This document shows positions 8,695-17,743 of a DNA stretch of 49,438 nucleotides, piece by piece. Position numbers and translations under genes: made by a program. Positions within the stretch are counted from its first letter, which is position 1. Every line of letters begins with the position of its first letter. The notes beneath the pieces were generated by a model that saw nothing but the letters and a program-made list of their open reading frames with translations, was not told where the DNA came from and made no database searches. Origin of the DNA: a virus (lineage: Duplodnaviria; Heunggongvirae; Uroviricota; Caudoviricetes); the IMG/VR virus record IMGVR_UViG_2861048470_000005. One strand, written 5' to 3'.

Positions 8695-9456
8695 ATGGAG
8701 ACTGTTTTTGACGCACTGAAAGCAATGGGAAAAGCCACATCCATAGAACTTGCTGCGCGACTTGATATCAGTCGTGAAGAAGTGCTGAACGAACTATGGG
8801 AACTGAAAAAGGCTGGTTTTGTTGATAAAAGCGCGTACACCTGGCGTGTGGCTGATAACAACGTTCAGCAGGAACAGCCAGCGCAGGCAGAACTGCCGGA
8901 AGAAATCACCACAGCAACAGTAGCGAAAATCTCAGAGTGCGATTTAACCGCGACGATTGAACAACGAGGACCACAAACGGCTGATGAGCTGGCTACATTG
9001 TTTGGTACCACATCACGCAAAGTGGCTTCAACGCTGGCAATGGCAATCAGCAAAGGTCGTCTGATTCGCGTAAATCAGGGCGGTAAATTTCGTTACTGCA
9101 TACCGGGCGATAATTTACCAGCAGAGCCGAAAGCAGCATCGGTAGCGGAAACTGATGGTAAGGCCTTTCCTCATACCGCAGGTGTTGCGTTACCAGTACA
9201 GGAGGCTGCAACACAGGAAGATATTAAAACAGAAACTGTGGCGGACATTGTGCAGTCGCTGCCATCGTTTACTGAAACGCGAGCGGATGACCTGGTTTTA
9301 CCATCACTGCATATGGCAAACCGCGAACTGCGTCGGGCGAAAAATCATGTCCAGAAGTGGGAGCGAGTCTGCGCCGCGCTGCGGGAGCTGAACAAGCACC
9401 GGGATATTGTTCGACAGATTACTGATTCTTCCCGCCGTGTTGTATCGGAAAAGTGA
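8695..9456 (+). CDS. Hypothetical prophage protein with predicted winged-helix segments
   Basis: Start moved to the internal Met ([11 protein letters not shown]...) preceded by GGGAGA. Two HTH-like segments (...[29 protein letters not shown]... and ...[20 protein letters not shown]...). Confidence 0.5.
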   Translation: METVFDALKAMGKATSIELAARLDISREEVLNELWELKKAGFVDKSAYTWRVADNNVQQEQPAQAELPEEITTATVAKISECDLTATIEQRGPQTADELATLFGTTSRKVASTLAMAISKGRLIRVNQGGKFRYCIPGDNLPAEPKAASVAETDGKAFPHTAGVALPVQEAATQEDIKTETVADIVQSLPSFTETRADDLVLPSLHMANRELRRAKNHVQKWERVCAALRELNKHRDIVRQITDSSRRVVSEK

Positions 9457-9471
9457 TTGCCGGAGGCGCTT

Positions 9472-9903
9472 ATGGCAAAAGTATTTACACAAGAAGAGCG
9501 GGAAAAAATTAAAGGGCAGGTTGTTGAGCTAGTACGCCGGAGTGGGCGCGAGACGTTACGGCAACTGGAAGCCAAGACAGGTGCGACAAGATATCTGATG
9601 AGCGTTCTCGCCAGAGAGCTGGTTGCCAGTGGCGATGTATACAACTCTGGTTACGGGTTATTCCCGTCTGAACAGGCTCGTAAGGACTGGCAAAATGCCC
9701 GCAAAAAACTATCCAGGGCAAAGGTGAAGAAACCATCTGTGGTTGATCCGGACCTTATCTGGTCATTACCAGACGGAGAAATACGCCGCTACGACAGGCG
9801 TCTGAACATAATCTGTCGCGAGTGCCGGAAGAGCGAAGTTATGCAGCGTGTGCTGGCGTTTTATCAGAATGGTTTTCGAGAGAGGCTTGGAGATCAGGGA
9901 TGA
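9472..9903 (+). CDS. Hypothetical prophage protein
   Basis: Start at MAKVFTQEE... preceded by GGAGG (9463-9467). Possible wHTH (...ETLRQLEAKTGATRYLMSVLARELV...) and a basic C-terminal half. Confidence 0.45.
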   Translation: MAKVFTQEEREKIKGQVVELVRRSGRETLRQLEAKTGATRYLMSVLARELVASGDVYNSGYGLFPSEQARKDWQNARKKLSRAKVKKPSVVDPDLIWSLPDGEIRRYDRRLNIICRECRKSEVMQRVLAFYQNGFRERLGDQG

Positions 9904-10096
9904 ATAGAACGATGAAGGATGGAAGCTACATATTCTCGGTACTAAGATTTATTTTTCTGACACAAAATGACCATTTGGCGTTACATAATCCCAAAAAAAC
10001 GTATCAAAAATCTCAAAATGCGTTACGATTAGAGAGTATTTTGATTCTGCGTGCTCATTTTTTGATTGCTGTGGCTTTTTGTTGTGGGAGTGTTGA

Positions 10097-11251
10097 ATGG
10101 ATTATTTATCAGAAGTGTTAAAAATCATTGAAGGTGCAACAAAGGCAAATGCTTCGATGGCTAGTAATTATGCTGGGTTGCTGGCAGATAAGCTCGAACA
10201 AAAAGGGGAGGTCAAGCAAGCCAGAATGATAAGAGAAAGGTTGCTTAGAGCTCCCCAGGCGTTGGCAGGAGCTCAAAGGGCTGGAGGTGGGATATCTCTG
10301 GGCTCATTACCGGTAGATATTGATAGTCGACTCAACACTGTTGATGTCAGTTATCCTAAATTAGACAGTTCAGAGATTTTTCTGCCTGCAGCAATCAGTA
10401 CCCGTGTTGAAGAGTTTATCACTAATGTTCAACGTTATGATGAGTTTGTTAAAGCTGATGCAGCATTGCCGAGTCGTATGCTCGTGTATGGAAAGCCAGG
10501 AACAGGTAAGACTATGTTATCTAAGTACATCGCTACCCGCTTAGATTTTCCACTTCTTACAGTGCGTTGCGATACTTTGATTAGTAGTTTATTGGGACAA
10601 ACCAGCAAAAATCTTAGACAGGTTTTCGATTATGTAATGCAGAGGCCATCAGTGCTTTTTTTAGACGAATTTGATGCTTTAGCTGGAGCAAGAGGTAATG
10701 AGAGAGATATAGGTGAGCTTCAGCGAGTTGTCATTTCACTATTGCAGAATATGGATGCGGCATCAGAGGATACGGTAATTATTGCCTCAACTAACCATGA
10801 GCAACTTCTGGATCCTGCAATCTGGAGGCGATTTAGCTTCAGAATTCCAATGCCTCTGCCTGACATACATCAGAGAGAGTTAATTTGGAAAAATCGTTTA
10901 AAGAATATGATATGTAGCGATCTAGATTTAAGTGATTTATCAAGAAAATCGGAGGGATTATCCGGAGCAATAATTGAACAGGTGAGCTTGGATGCACGTA
11001 GGGATGCAGTTATTGAAGGTGCAAGTGTGATAAATCACCATAAATTGTATAGGCGTTTGTATCTTGCGCAATCGCTTATGGAAGGTGTAAATTTAAGCAC
11101 TTACGAAGATGAAATTCGTTGGTTACGTTCTAAAGATAAAAAATTATTTTCTATCAGAGTTCTTGCTAATTTGTACAAACTTACATCAAGAGTAATTTCA
11201 AACATTCTGAAGGAGTCAGGAGCATATGAGCAGAAGGGGTACACAGTTTAG
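10097..11251 (+). CDS. AAA+ ATPase (classical AAA family), first gene of a two-gene cargo operon; candidate IetA-like defence ATPase
   Basis: 384-aa ORF with Walker A GKPGTGKT, Walker B VLFLDEFDAL, sensor-1 IIASTNHEQ and arginine-finger region WRRFSFR. The DNA is visibly more AT-rich than flanking phage genes. GGGAG lies upstream of the ATG. Confidence 0.85.
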   Translation: MDYLSEVLKIIEGATKANASMASNYAGLLADKLEQKGEVKQARMIRERLLRAPQALAGAQRAGGGISLGSLPVDIDSRLNTVDVSYPKLDSSEIFLPAAISTRVEEFITNVQRYDEFVKADAALPSRMLVYGKPGTGKTMLSKYIATRLDFPLLTVRCDTLISSLLGQTSKNLRQVFDYVMQRPSVLFLDEFDALAGARGNERDIGELQRVVISLLQNMDAASEDTVIIASTNHEQLLDPAIWRRFSFRIPMPLPDIHQRELIWKNRLKNMICSDLDLSDLSRKSEGLSGAIIEQVSLDARRDAVIEGASVINHHKLYRRLYLAQSLMEGVNLSTYEDEIRWLRSKDKKLFSIRVLANLYKLTSRVISNILKESGAYEQKGYTV

Positions 11252-13490
11252 TAACGCAAAAGTTACAAACCCAATGTTAAGAATCCCTTTTTCCAGTAGT
11301 GACTTGGGTGCAATAGTAAACGCTGGCGGTGGGGCAAAGGTATTGGTTGATGTAACAGCCGAATATAGACAAGGGCTAGTAAGAAATTTAACAACCAGTA
11401 AACATTATTTAGAATCCAAACTTTCAGAGTACCCTGGAAGCTTGGGTACTTTGGTTTTCAAATTAAGAGACCAGGGAATAGCCAAAACGCATAGGCCGAA
11501 CAAAATTGCTCAAGAGGCTGGATTGCAAAATGCCGGTCATGCCAAAATAGATGAAATGTTGGTTGCTGCTCATGCCGGCTGTTTTGACGTATTAGAGTCA
11601 GTCATTTTACATCGGAATATTAAAGCGATTTTGGCTAATCTAAGCGCGATTGAGCGCATTGAACCTTGGGATGAGAATAGGAAGGTTCCAGGAGGCACTG
11701 ATGGTTTGTTTGAATCATCAAACATCCTTGTACGACTATTTGAGTACACAGGTGAAGATGCAACTTACAACAACTATGAAAACGTTATTTCTATATTAGA
11801 ACAACACGGAGTTAAATATGATGAGATTAGACCAAAATGTGGTCTTCCCTTATTAAGGATAATGGATTTATCCCCAAATGATAGATATATATTAGACATT
11901 CTCATTGATTACCCGGGTATAAGAACGTTAATTCCAGAACCAAAATATTCAGCATTCCCGGTTAGTGTAAGTGATTCTGTTGGCATTGAAACAAATAGCT
12001 TTCCCGTACCATCAGAAGAATTACCCATTGTTGCTGTATTTGACACTGGGGTAAGCCCCATCGCGGCAACAATTACTCCTTGGGTAGTGAGTAGGGAAAC
12101 ATACGTAATTCCTCCTGATACGAGTTATGAACATGGGACTATGGTGTCTTCATTGATATCAGGCGCTCATTTTTTAAATGACAATCATCCATGGATTCCT
12201 GATACAAAATCTAAAATCCATGATGTTTGTGCTTTAGATGGAAATGGATCTTATATATCAGATTTAATTCTGAGGCTAGCAGATGCTGTAAATAAAAGAC
12301 CAGATATAAAAGTCTGGAATTTGTCTTTGGGAGGCGGACCATGTAATGAGCAGATGTTTAGTGATTTTGCGATGGAGTTAGATCGGCTCAGCGATAAATT
12401 TGGTATTTTGTTTGTAGTTGCTGCAGGTAATTATGTAGATGAACCTATACGTACATGGCCAAATCCTGATCCGCTTGGAGGTGCTGATTTAATTTCCTCT
12501 CCTGGAGAGTCAGTCCGAGCACTAACAGTTGGTTCAGTTTCTCATATGGAAGCTAATGATGCTTTAAGTGAAATTGGAACACCGACACCATATACTCGTC
12601 GTGGCCCTGGGCCTGTATTTACTCCAAAGCCAGATATAATCCATGCTGGCGGTGGGGTTCATAGACCTTGGAATGTAGGAGCAAGCAGTTTAAAGGTCGT
12701 AGGGCCAGATAATAGGCTTTGCTCTAATTTTGGTACTAGTTTTGCTGCTCCAATTGTGGCAAGTTTAGCTGCGCATACATGGCAGAGAATAGCCACTAAT
12801 GCAGACTTTAATGTTTCACCATCATTGATTAAAGCATTATTAATTCATTCCGCTCAATTATCTTCTCCTGATTACTCGCCAAGTGAAAGACGCTATTTGG
12901 GAGCGGGAATTCCTAATGAGGTTATTGAGACCTTATATGATAGTGATGATAGGTTTACTCTGATTTTCCAAACATTCTTGGTTCCTGGGGTGAGGTGGAG
13001 AAAGGAAAACTATCCCATACCATCGGCACTTATTCAAAATGGAAAATTTAAAGGTGAGATTGTAATTACTGCTGCATATGCACCACCACTGAACTCTAAT
13101 GCCGGCAGTGAATATGTTCGCGCAAACGTAGAGCTAAGTTTTGGCTTAATTGAGAATAATACTATAAAAGGAAAAGTACCTATGGAAGGAGAAAACGGTC
13201 AATCTGGATATGAGAGAGCTCAAATTGAGCATGGTGGAAAGTGGTCACCAGTAAAAATTCATCGCAAGGCATTTAATAAAGGAATTACTTCGGGTAACTG
13301 GGCTCTTCAAGCTAAAACAACGTTGAGAGCGAATGAACCGGCCTTAATGGAGCCTTTACCTGTAACTATTGTAGTAACTTTAAAATCATTAGATGGAAAC
13401 ACACAAGTTTATGCTGATGGCGTAAGAGCTTTAAATGCTAATAACTGGGCTCACTATCCATTGCCTGCTCGTGTGCCAGTTTCCGTATAA
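11226..13490 (+). CDS. S8 family subtilisin-like serine peptidase with N- and C-terminal extensions; candidate IetS-like defence protease
   Basis: 754-aa ORF. Catalytic residues in S8 order: Asp (VAVFDTGVS), His (YEHGTMVSSLISG), oxyanion Asn (VVAAGNY), Ser (GTSFAAPIVASLAAH). Tandem AGGAG ribosome-binding sites at 11212-11221 and a 26-nt overlap with the ATPase stop suggest translational coupling. Confidence 0.85.
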   Translation: MSRRGTQFSNAKVTNPMLRIPFSSSDLGAIVNAGGGAKVLVDVTAEYRQGLVRNLTTSKHYLESKLSEYPGSLGTLVFKLRDQGIAKTHRPNKIAQEAGLQNAGHAKIDEMLVAAHAGCFDVLESVILHRNIKAILANLSAIERIEPWDENRKVPGGTDGLFESSNILVRLFEYTGEDATYNNYENVISILEQHGVKYDEIRPKCGLPLLRIMDLSPNDRYILDILIDYPGIRTLIPEPKYSAFPVSVSDSVGIETNSFPVPSEELPIVAVFDTGVSPIAATITPWVVSRETYVIPPDTSYEHGTMVSSLISGAHFLNDNHPWIPDTKSKIHDVCALDGNGSYISDLILRLADAVNKRPDIKVWNLSLGGGPCNEQMFSDFAMELDRLSDKFGILFVVAAGNYVDEPIRTWPNPDPLGGADLISSPGESVRALTVGSVSHMEANDALSEIGTPTPYTRRGPGPVFTPKPDIIHAGGGVHRPWNVGASSLKVVGPDNRLCSNFGTSFAAPIVASLAAHTWQRIATNADFNVSPSLIKALLIHSAQLSSPDYSPSERRYLGAGIPNEVIETLYDSDDRFTLIFQTFLVPGVRWRKENYPIPSALIQNGKFKGEIVITAAYAPPLNSNAGSEYVRANVELSFGLIENNTIKGKVPMEGENGQSGYERAQIEHGGKWSPVKIHRKAFNKGITSGNWALQAKTTLRANEPALMEPLPVTIVVTLKSLDGNTQVYADGVRALNANNWAHYPLPARVPVSV

Positions 13491-13504
13491 CAACTATATA
13501 AATC

Positions 13505-13535
13505 AAACCCGCTGTAGCGGGTTTGATTTATTTGT
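13505..13535 (+). terminator. Rho-independent terminator after the ATPase/peptidase operon
   Basis: Hairpin AAACCCGCT-GTAG-AGCGGGTTT followed by GATTTATTT, 15 nt after the peptidase stop. Confidence 0.5.
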
Positions 13536-13898
13536 GGGTGTGTTTTATAAAAATACCGCCCATACACAACAAAATACAAAAAGTATTACAGATAAAAAAG
13601 GAGCGTAATGTGCAGATTTGTTGTTTTCCATATTTACTCACCTTAATATGATTAATCCCGATAAGATTGTTATTTCAGCGGTTTTCAAATGAAATATTAT
13701 GCTAATTTGGCAGATTTGCATAACATTAAAATTTAATTTATCTAACCGCTTTTAATAATAAGCGTTGTATTTTTATCCCAGCAATCTGTTGTTTGGTTTT
13801 TATTCCATTAAGGTGGGGCTTTACACTGGAGCCAGTTTATTTATACTTCATACGTCAGCCTGAACAACTGGCACCTGCTGCGCCAGCAGAGAAAACAG

Positions 13899-14177
13899 AT
13901 GGCGCACGATACCAAATTTTACAATTCGGATAACTCTGCCGCCCCTGCCAGCAGGCACGGGCGGCGTTCTCATGCATTCAAATCTGACTGGTATCAGCAC
14001 GACCCCTGCACCGAAGAACAGGCTGAATGGCTCATTCAGTGTTACCGCGGGCGCGGATGCGAGGTTAAAAAAGCCCTTAGCCTCGACTACCGTCACTGGA
14101 TAATCTCCGTCAGGCTCCCTTACTCAGAACGGCCAGCGCGTCCGTCCCGCACATTCCAGCAACGGATCTGGAGGTAA
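13899..14177 (+). CDS. Hypothetical protein (uncertain)
   Basis: 92-aa ORF after a ~360-bp AT-rich intergenic region; unrecognised and overlapped by an antisense ORF. Could be coding, or part of the upstream region of the next gene. Confidence 0.25.
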   Translation: MAHDTKFYNSDNSAAPASRHGRRSHAFKSDWYQHDPCTEEQAEWLIQCYRGRGCEVKKALSLDYRHWIISVRLPYSERPARPSRTFQQRIWR

Positions 14178-14178
14178 T

Positions 14179-15237
14179 GTGCGGGTATTACTTCGATCTG
14201 TTCTGGTACCGGAACTCGGTCTGGTTATCGTTAAGCCAGGCCGTGAATCAATGTCAGCATTCCATAACGGCAGAATACTGGTGGAGCCGGAACCAAAAAG
14301 CATGCGTAATCTGCCGTCCGGGGTCGTTCCTGCCGCTCGCCAGCCGCTGGTGGAAGACAAAACATTGCTGCCGTTTTTCAGCGACGAACGAGTGATTCGT
14401 GCTGCTGGTGGCGCTGGCGCATTGTCTGACTGGTTACTGCGCCATGTTAAATCCTGCCAGTGGCCACACGGCGATTATCACCACAGTGAAACCGTCATTC
14501 ACCGTTATGGTACCGGCGCAATGGTGTTGTGCTGGCACTGCGACAACCAGTTGCGTGACCAGACCTCAGAATCACTTGAGCAACTTGCTCACCAAAACTT
14601 GTCAGCATGGATGATTGACGTCATCCGTCACGCAATCAGCGGTACGCAGGAGAGGGAGTTATCGCTGGCCGAATTATCCTGGTGGGCGGTCTGCAATCAG
14701 GTGGCTGATGCGCTTCCGGAGTCTGTATCGTGTCGTTCACTGGGATTACCGGTGGAAAAAATCCGCTCCGTATACCGTGAGAGTGACATCGTACCGGGAG
14801 AACAGACTGCCACCAGCATACTGAAGCAGCGCACAAAAAATATTGCGCTGCCACTTCACGCCCACCAGCAACAGCCCCCACTCCAGGAAAAGACGTTAGT
14901 AAGCATCGCCGTTGATCCGGAGTCTCCGGCTCAGTATCTCCAGCGCCAGAAACCACAACGGGAAGAGATGCCTGTATACACGCGCTGGGTAAAAACGCAG
15001 AAATGCATGACGTGCGGTAATCAGGCAGATGATCCGCATCACATCATTGGTCATGGCCTGGGAGGTATGGGAACAAAGGCTGATGATTTGTTTGTTATTC
15101 CGCTGTGCCGTAAATGTCATAACGAACTGCACGCCGGGGTAAAAGATTTTGAAGAAAAATACGGCAGCCAGCTGTTGTTGCTGATTCGTTTTTTAATGCA
15201 CGCGAGAAATTCGGGTGTCCTGAAGTGGAAAGCATGA
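14179..15237 (+). CDS. DUF968-like nin-region protein with C-terminal Cys/His HNH-like cluster (YdfU-like)
   Basis: 352-aa ORF with a C-terminal CMTCGN...HHIIGHG...CRKCHNELH motif; located immediately upstream of rusA, as in cryptic E. coli prophages (recall). Confidence 0.55.
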   Translation: MRVLLRSVLVPELGLVIVKPGRESMSAFHNGRILVEPEPKSMRNLPSGVVPAARQPLVEDKTLLPFFSDERVIRAAGGAGALSDWLLRHVKSCQWPHGDYHHSETVIHRYGTGAMVLCWHCDNQLRDQTSESLEQLAHQNLSAWMIDVIRHAISGTQERELSLAELSWWAVCNQVADALPESVSCRSLGLPVEKIRSVYRESDIVPGEQTATSILKQRTKNIALPLHAHQQQPPLQEKTLVSIAVDPESPAQYLQRQKPQREEMPVYTRWVKTQKCMTCGNQADDPHHIIGHGLGGMGTKADDLFVIPLCRKCHNELHAGVKDFEEKYGSQLLLLIRFLMHARNSGVLKWKA

Positions 15238-15618
15238 ATGACCGAACGCATAGAATTTGTTTTGCCTTACCCGCCAACGGTGAACACCTACTGGCGACGT
15301 CGTGGCAGCACATATTTTGTATCAAAAGCCGGTGAGCGTTATCGCCGTGATGTGGCGCTTATTGTTCGCCAGCAGCGGCTGAAATTAAGCCTGTCCGGAA
15401 GGCTGGCGATAAAGGTGATTGCAGAGCCACCGGATAAGCGTCGTCGCGACCTGGACAATATCCTGAAAGCACCGCTGGATGCGCTGACGCATGCGGGAGT
15501 GTTAATGGACGATGAGCAGTTTGATGAAATCAATATCGTTCGTGGTCAGCCAGTATCTGGTGGACGTATGGGGGTGAAGATTTACCCCATAATGCATGAA
15601 GAGCAGGTCAAAAAATGA
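15238..15618 (+). CDS. rusA: Holliday junction resolvase RusA
   Basis: 126-aa ORF with the RusA family hallmark region (...DLDNILKAPLDALTHAGVLMDDEQ...); nin-region position upstream of Q. Confidence 0.85.
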   Translation: MTERIEFVLPYPPTVNTYWRRRGSTYFVSKAGERYRRDVALIVRQQRLKLSLSGRLAIKVIAEPPDKRRRDLDNILKAPLDALTHAGVLMDDEQFDEINIVRGQPVSGGRMGVKIYPIMHEEQVKK

Positions 15619-16436
15619 AACTGGAAGATTTACCGAAATACTACTCCCCAAAATCCCCTGGCCTGACCGATGCATCGGCCTCAACGTCAAAAGATGCGCT
15701 GAGTATCACTGATGTGATGGCCGCGCAGGGCATGACACAGAATCGGGCTGAGATGGGTTTTTCTGCGTTCCTGGGGAAAATGGGCATCAGTATGAATGAC
15801 AGGGCGCGGGCAACAGAATTACTGGCAGATTATGCACTCAGTCGGTGCGATCGTGTGGCGGCGTTGAGAAAACTTCCGGCAGAAATAAAACCGGTAGTGA
15901 TGCGCATTATGGCTTCGTACGCTTTTGAGGATTATGCCCGCAGCGCAGCGAGTAAAAAGCAGTGCCCTTGTTGCTATGGGGAAAAATTTATTGAAAGCGT
16001 AGTTTTTACAAACAAGGTCCAGTATCCGGATGGTAAGCCGCCGGTATGGGCAAAGTGTACGAAAGGTGTGTATTCGTCTTACTGGGAAGAATGGAAAAAA
16101 GTCAGGGAGGTGGTAAAAGTTGCCTGTCCGGAGTGTGGCGGAAAGGGTGAGGTTTCCACCGCCTGTAAGGATTGCCGTGGGCGTGGTGTCGCCATTCATC
16201 GTGAAGAGTCGGTAAAACGTGGTATGCCTGTTATCAGAGACTGCCAGCGTTGTGGTGGTCGTGGCTATGAAAGACTACCATCAACGGAGGCATTTAATGC
16301 TATATGCGAGGTGACAAACCAGATAACACGCGCGTCATGGGAAAAAACAGTTAAGAAATTCTATGATGCGCTGGTGACCCGGTTTGATGTTGAAGAAGCA
16401 TGGGCTGAGCGGCAGTTAAAAAAGGTAACTAGGTAA
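15615..16436 (+). CDS. Late-gene antitermination protein Q-like (zinc-binding)
   Basis: 273-aa ORF with multiple CxxC pairs (CPCCYG, CPECGG, CKDCRG, CQRCGG). Sits directly upstream of a short promoter-terminator unit and the lysis genes. Confidence 0.65.
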   Translation: MKLEDLPKYYSPKSPGLTDASASTSKDALSITDVMAAQGMTQNRAEMGFSAFLGKMGISMNDRARATELLADYALSRCDRVAALRKLPAEIKPVVMRIMASYAFEDYARSAASKKQCPCCYGEKFIESVVFTNKVQYPDGKPPVWAKCTKGVYSSYWEEWKKVREVVKVACPECGGKGEVSTACKDCRGRGVAIHREESVKRGMPVIRDCQRCGGRGYERLPSTEAFNAICEVTNQITRASWEKTVKKFYDALVTRFDVEEAWAERQLKKVTR

Positions 16437-16441
16437 CAAGG

Positions 16442-16469
16442 TTGATTTTTCCGGAATCTGTGGTAAATT
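16442..16469 (+). promoter_or_regulatory. Candidate late promoter pR' (extended -10)
   Basis: TTGATT (16442-16447), 16-bp spacer, TG-n-TAAATT (16461-16469), immediately downstream of Q. Confidence 0.35.
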
Positions 16470-16516
16470 CGTCATAATAATGGGCTTTTTATGCCTGACG
16501 TTAGAAGAGTTTCTAC

Positions 16517-16541
16517 AACCCGCCGCCGAGCGGGTTTTTTA
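16517..16541 (+). terminator. Candidate tR' terminator (Q-antiterminated)
   Basis: GC-rich hairpin ACCCGC-cgccga-GCGGGT followed by TTTTTTATT, about 50-60 nt downstream of the putative pR'. Confidence 0.5.
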
Positions 16542-16579
16542 TTGCGGAATTAATTACGGACCGTTATTATTCTGCTCCC

Positions 16580-16655
16580 GGCCCTTTAGCTCAGTGGTGA
16601 GAGCGAGCGACTCATAATCGCCAGGTCGCTGGTTCAAATCCAGCAAGGGCCACCA
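16580..16655 (+). tRNA. tRNA with anticodon CAU (Met, or Ile2 if lysidinylated), encoded CCA
   Basis: 76-nt sequence folds by hand into a cloverleaf: acceptor GGCCCTT/AAGGGCC, anticodon loop cuCAUaa, T-loop GGTTCAAATCC, 3' CCA. Confidence 0.8.
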
Positions 16656-16755
16656 TCACAAACCGCCATTAGCTTATCAGGAAGAGCAGACGACACGATA
16701 ACAGGGTTGTTGGTGCGGGGGCGGGTCCCCGATGGCGGTCCATTATCGGTATTCA

Positions 16756-16829
16756 GCGTTGTTAGCTCAGCCGGACAGAGCAATTGCCTTCTAAGCAATC
16801 GGTCACTGGTTCGAATCCAGTACAGCGCG
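16756..16829 (+). tRNA. tRNA-Arg (anticodon UCU)
   Basis: 74-nt cloverleaf: acceptor GCGTTGT/ACAGCGC (one G-U pair), anticodon stem ATTGC/GCAAT with loop ctTCTaa, T-loop GGTTCGAATCC; no encoded CCA. Confidence 0.8.
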
Positions 16830-16942
16830 CTATATTCATTCTTCCAGATTCCTTCCGGCAGAGCCTTATACTGAAATATACCTGGCTCAGGATATTGTTG
16901 AAAATATTTTATGTTTGTCAAAAATAAAAGTTCTGTTAAGTA

Positions 16943-17296
16943 TTGATTGAGTGTTTGTTATACGGTCTAATGGTTTTTTCAGCATTAAATATTTATCATT
17001 CATATGGTGTGGGTAGAGTGAATATTGATGAGGCGTCGGGGTGTTTCATCCTTAGGCAGCGTATTGATATAGTCAATGCAGGACGAGCAAAGGCCTTCAG
17101 CCGTTTGACAGTTTTGTTCTGTACTCCTGATCGTCTTTCGGGAAGAGACGTTATTATTCTGAATAGTGATGCTATACAGAGGGTTTGCGATGAGTTCATG
17201 GTTGCTAATTCAGAATTATTTGCTCTTGTTCAGGAGTACAACAGAATAGCCAGGACCTGTGGTATGGATGAACTTCGGATTACTCATCTGGGGTAG
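16943..17296 (+). CDS. Hypothetical cargo protein downstream of the tRNAs
   Basis: 117-aa ORF with no recognised motif, in the slot occupied by stx in Stx phages. Confidence 0.3.
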   Translation: MIECLLYGLMVFSALNIYHSYGVGRVNIDEASGCFILRQRIDIVNAGRAKAFSRLTVLFCTPDRLSGRDVIILNSDAIQRVCDEFMVANSELFALVQEYNRIARTCGMDELRITHLG

Positions 17297-17687
17297 ATAC
17301 ATATCTGGATTATCACTTGTTACGGTAAAAAGTGATTGCTTACTGTTTTTGTGAGTGGCATTGCAGCAGCCGGATAATGTCAGTGCTGGCTGACGGTGTG
17401 CTGGTGGCGGGTGTGGTGGTTGTTGCTTTCCCGTTGCTGAAAAAGAAAACGCCAGACTGTTAGCCGGGTATCAGTTAGCGGGAGAAATTTTTAAATACTT
17501 CACAATTCAGGCGGTTGACTGTTGTCTGGTTTGCGGGGAGTTTGTTAAAAGAAACTGGCATGGTGAATCCCCCTGTGCGGAGGGGCAATCAGCGAGTAGG
17601 TATATGGGATAATCGCGGATTCAGGTGCTGGTACTGAATTCACCGGGAGGCACCCGGCACCATGCAATGGCACATAGCGCCACTCTC

Positions 17688-17716
17688 CAGCCCCTCTCCG
17701 GAGGGGCTGTTTATAT
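17688..17716 (+). terminator. Candidate rho-independent terminator
   Basis: Hairpin CAGCCCCTCTCC-GG-AGGGGCTG followed by TTTATATTGATTTTG. Confidence 0.4.
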
Positions 17717-17743
17717 TGATTTTGTCAGATGTGAGTAAACTCC

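Noticed and set aside
9822-10121. 99-aa plus-strand ORF upstream of and overlapping the AAA ATPase start
   Set aside because: It is AT-rich and low-complexity and overlaps the ATPase start and its ribosome-binding site. More likely this is the promoter/5' UTR region of the cargo operon than a gene.
16656-16755. A third tRNA between the two called tRNAs
   Set aside because: I could not fold the 100-bp spacer into an acceptor stem plus T-loop (no GTTC-type T-loop motif), so no third tRNA is called; tRNAscan-SE would settle it.
16634-16921. 95-aa minus-strand ORF spanning the tRNA region
   Set aside because: It overlaps both hand-folded tRNA genes; the tRNA interpretation (conserved cloverleaf, T-loop, anticodon loop) explains the sequence better.
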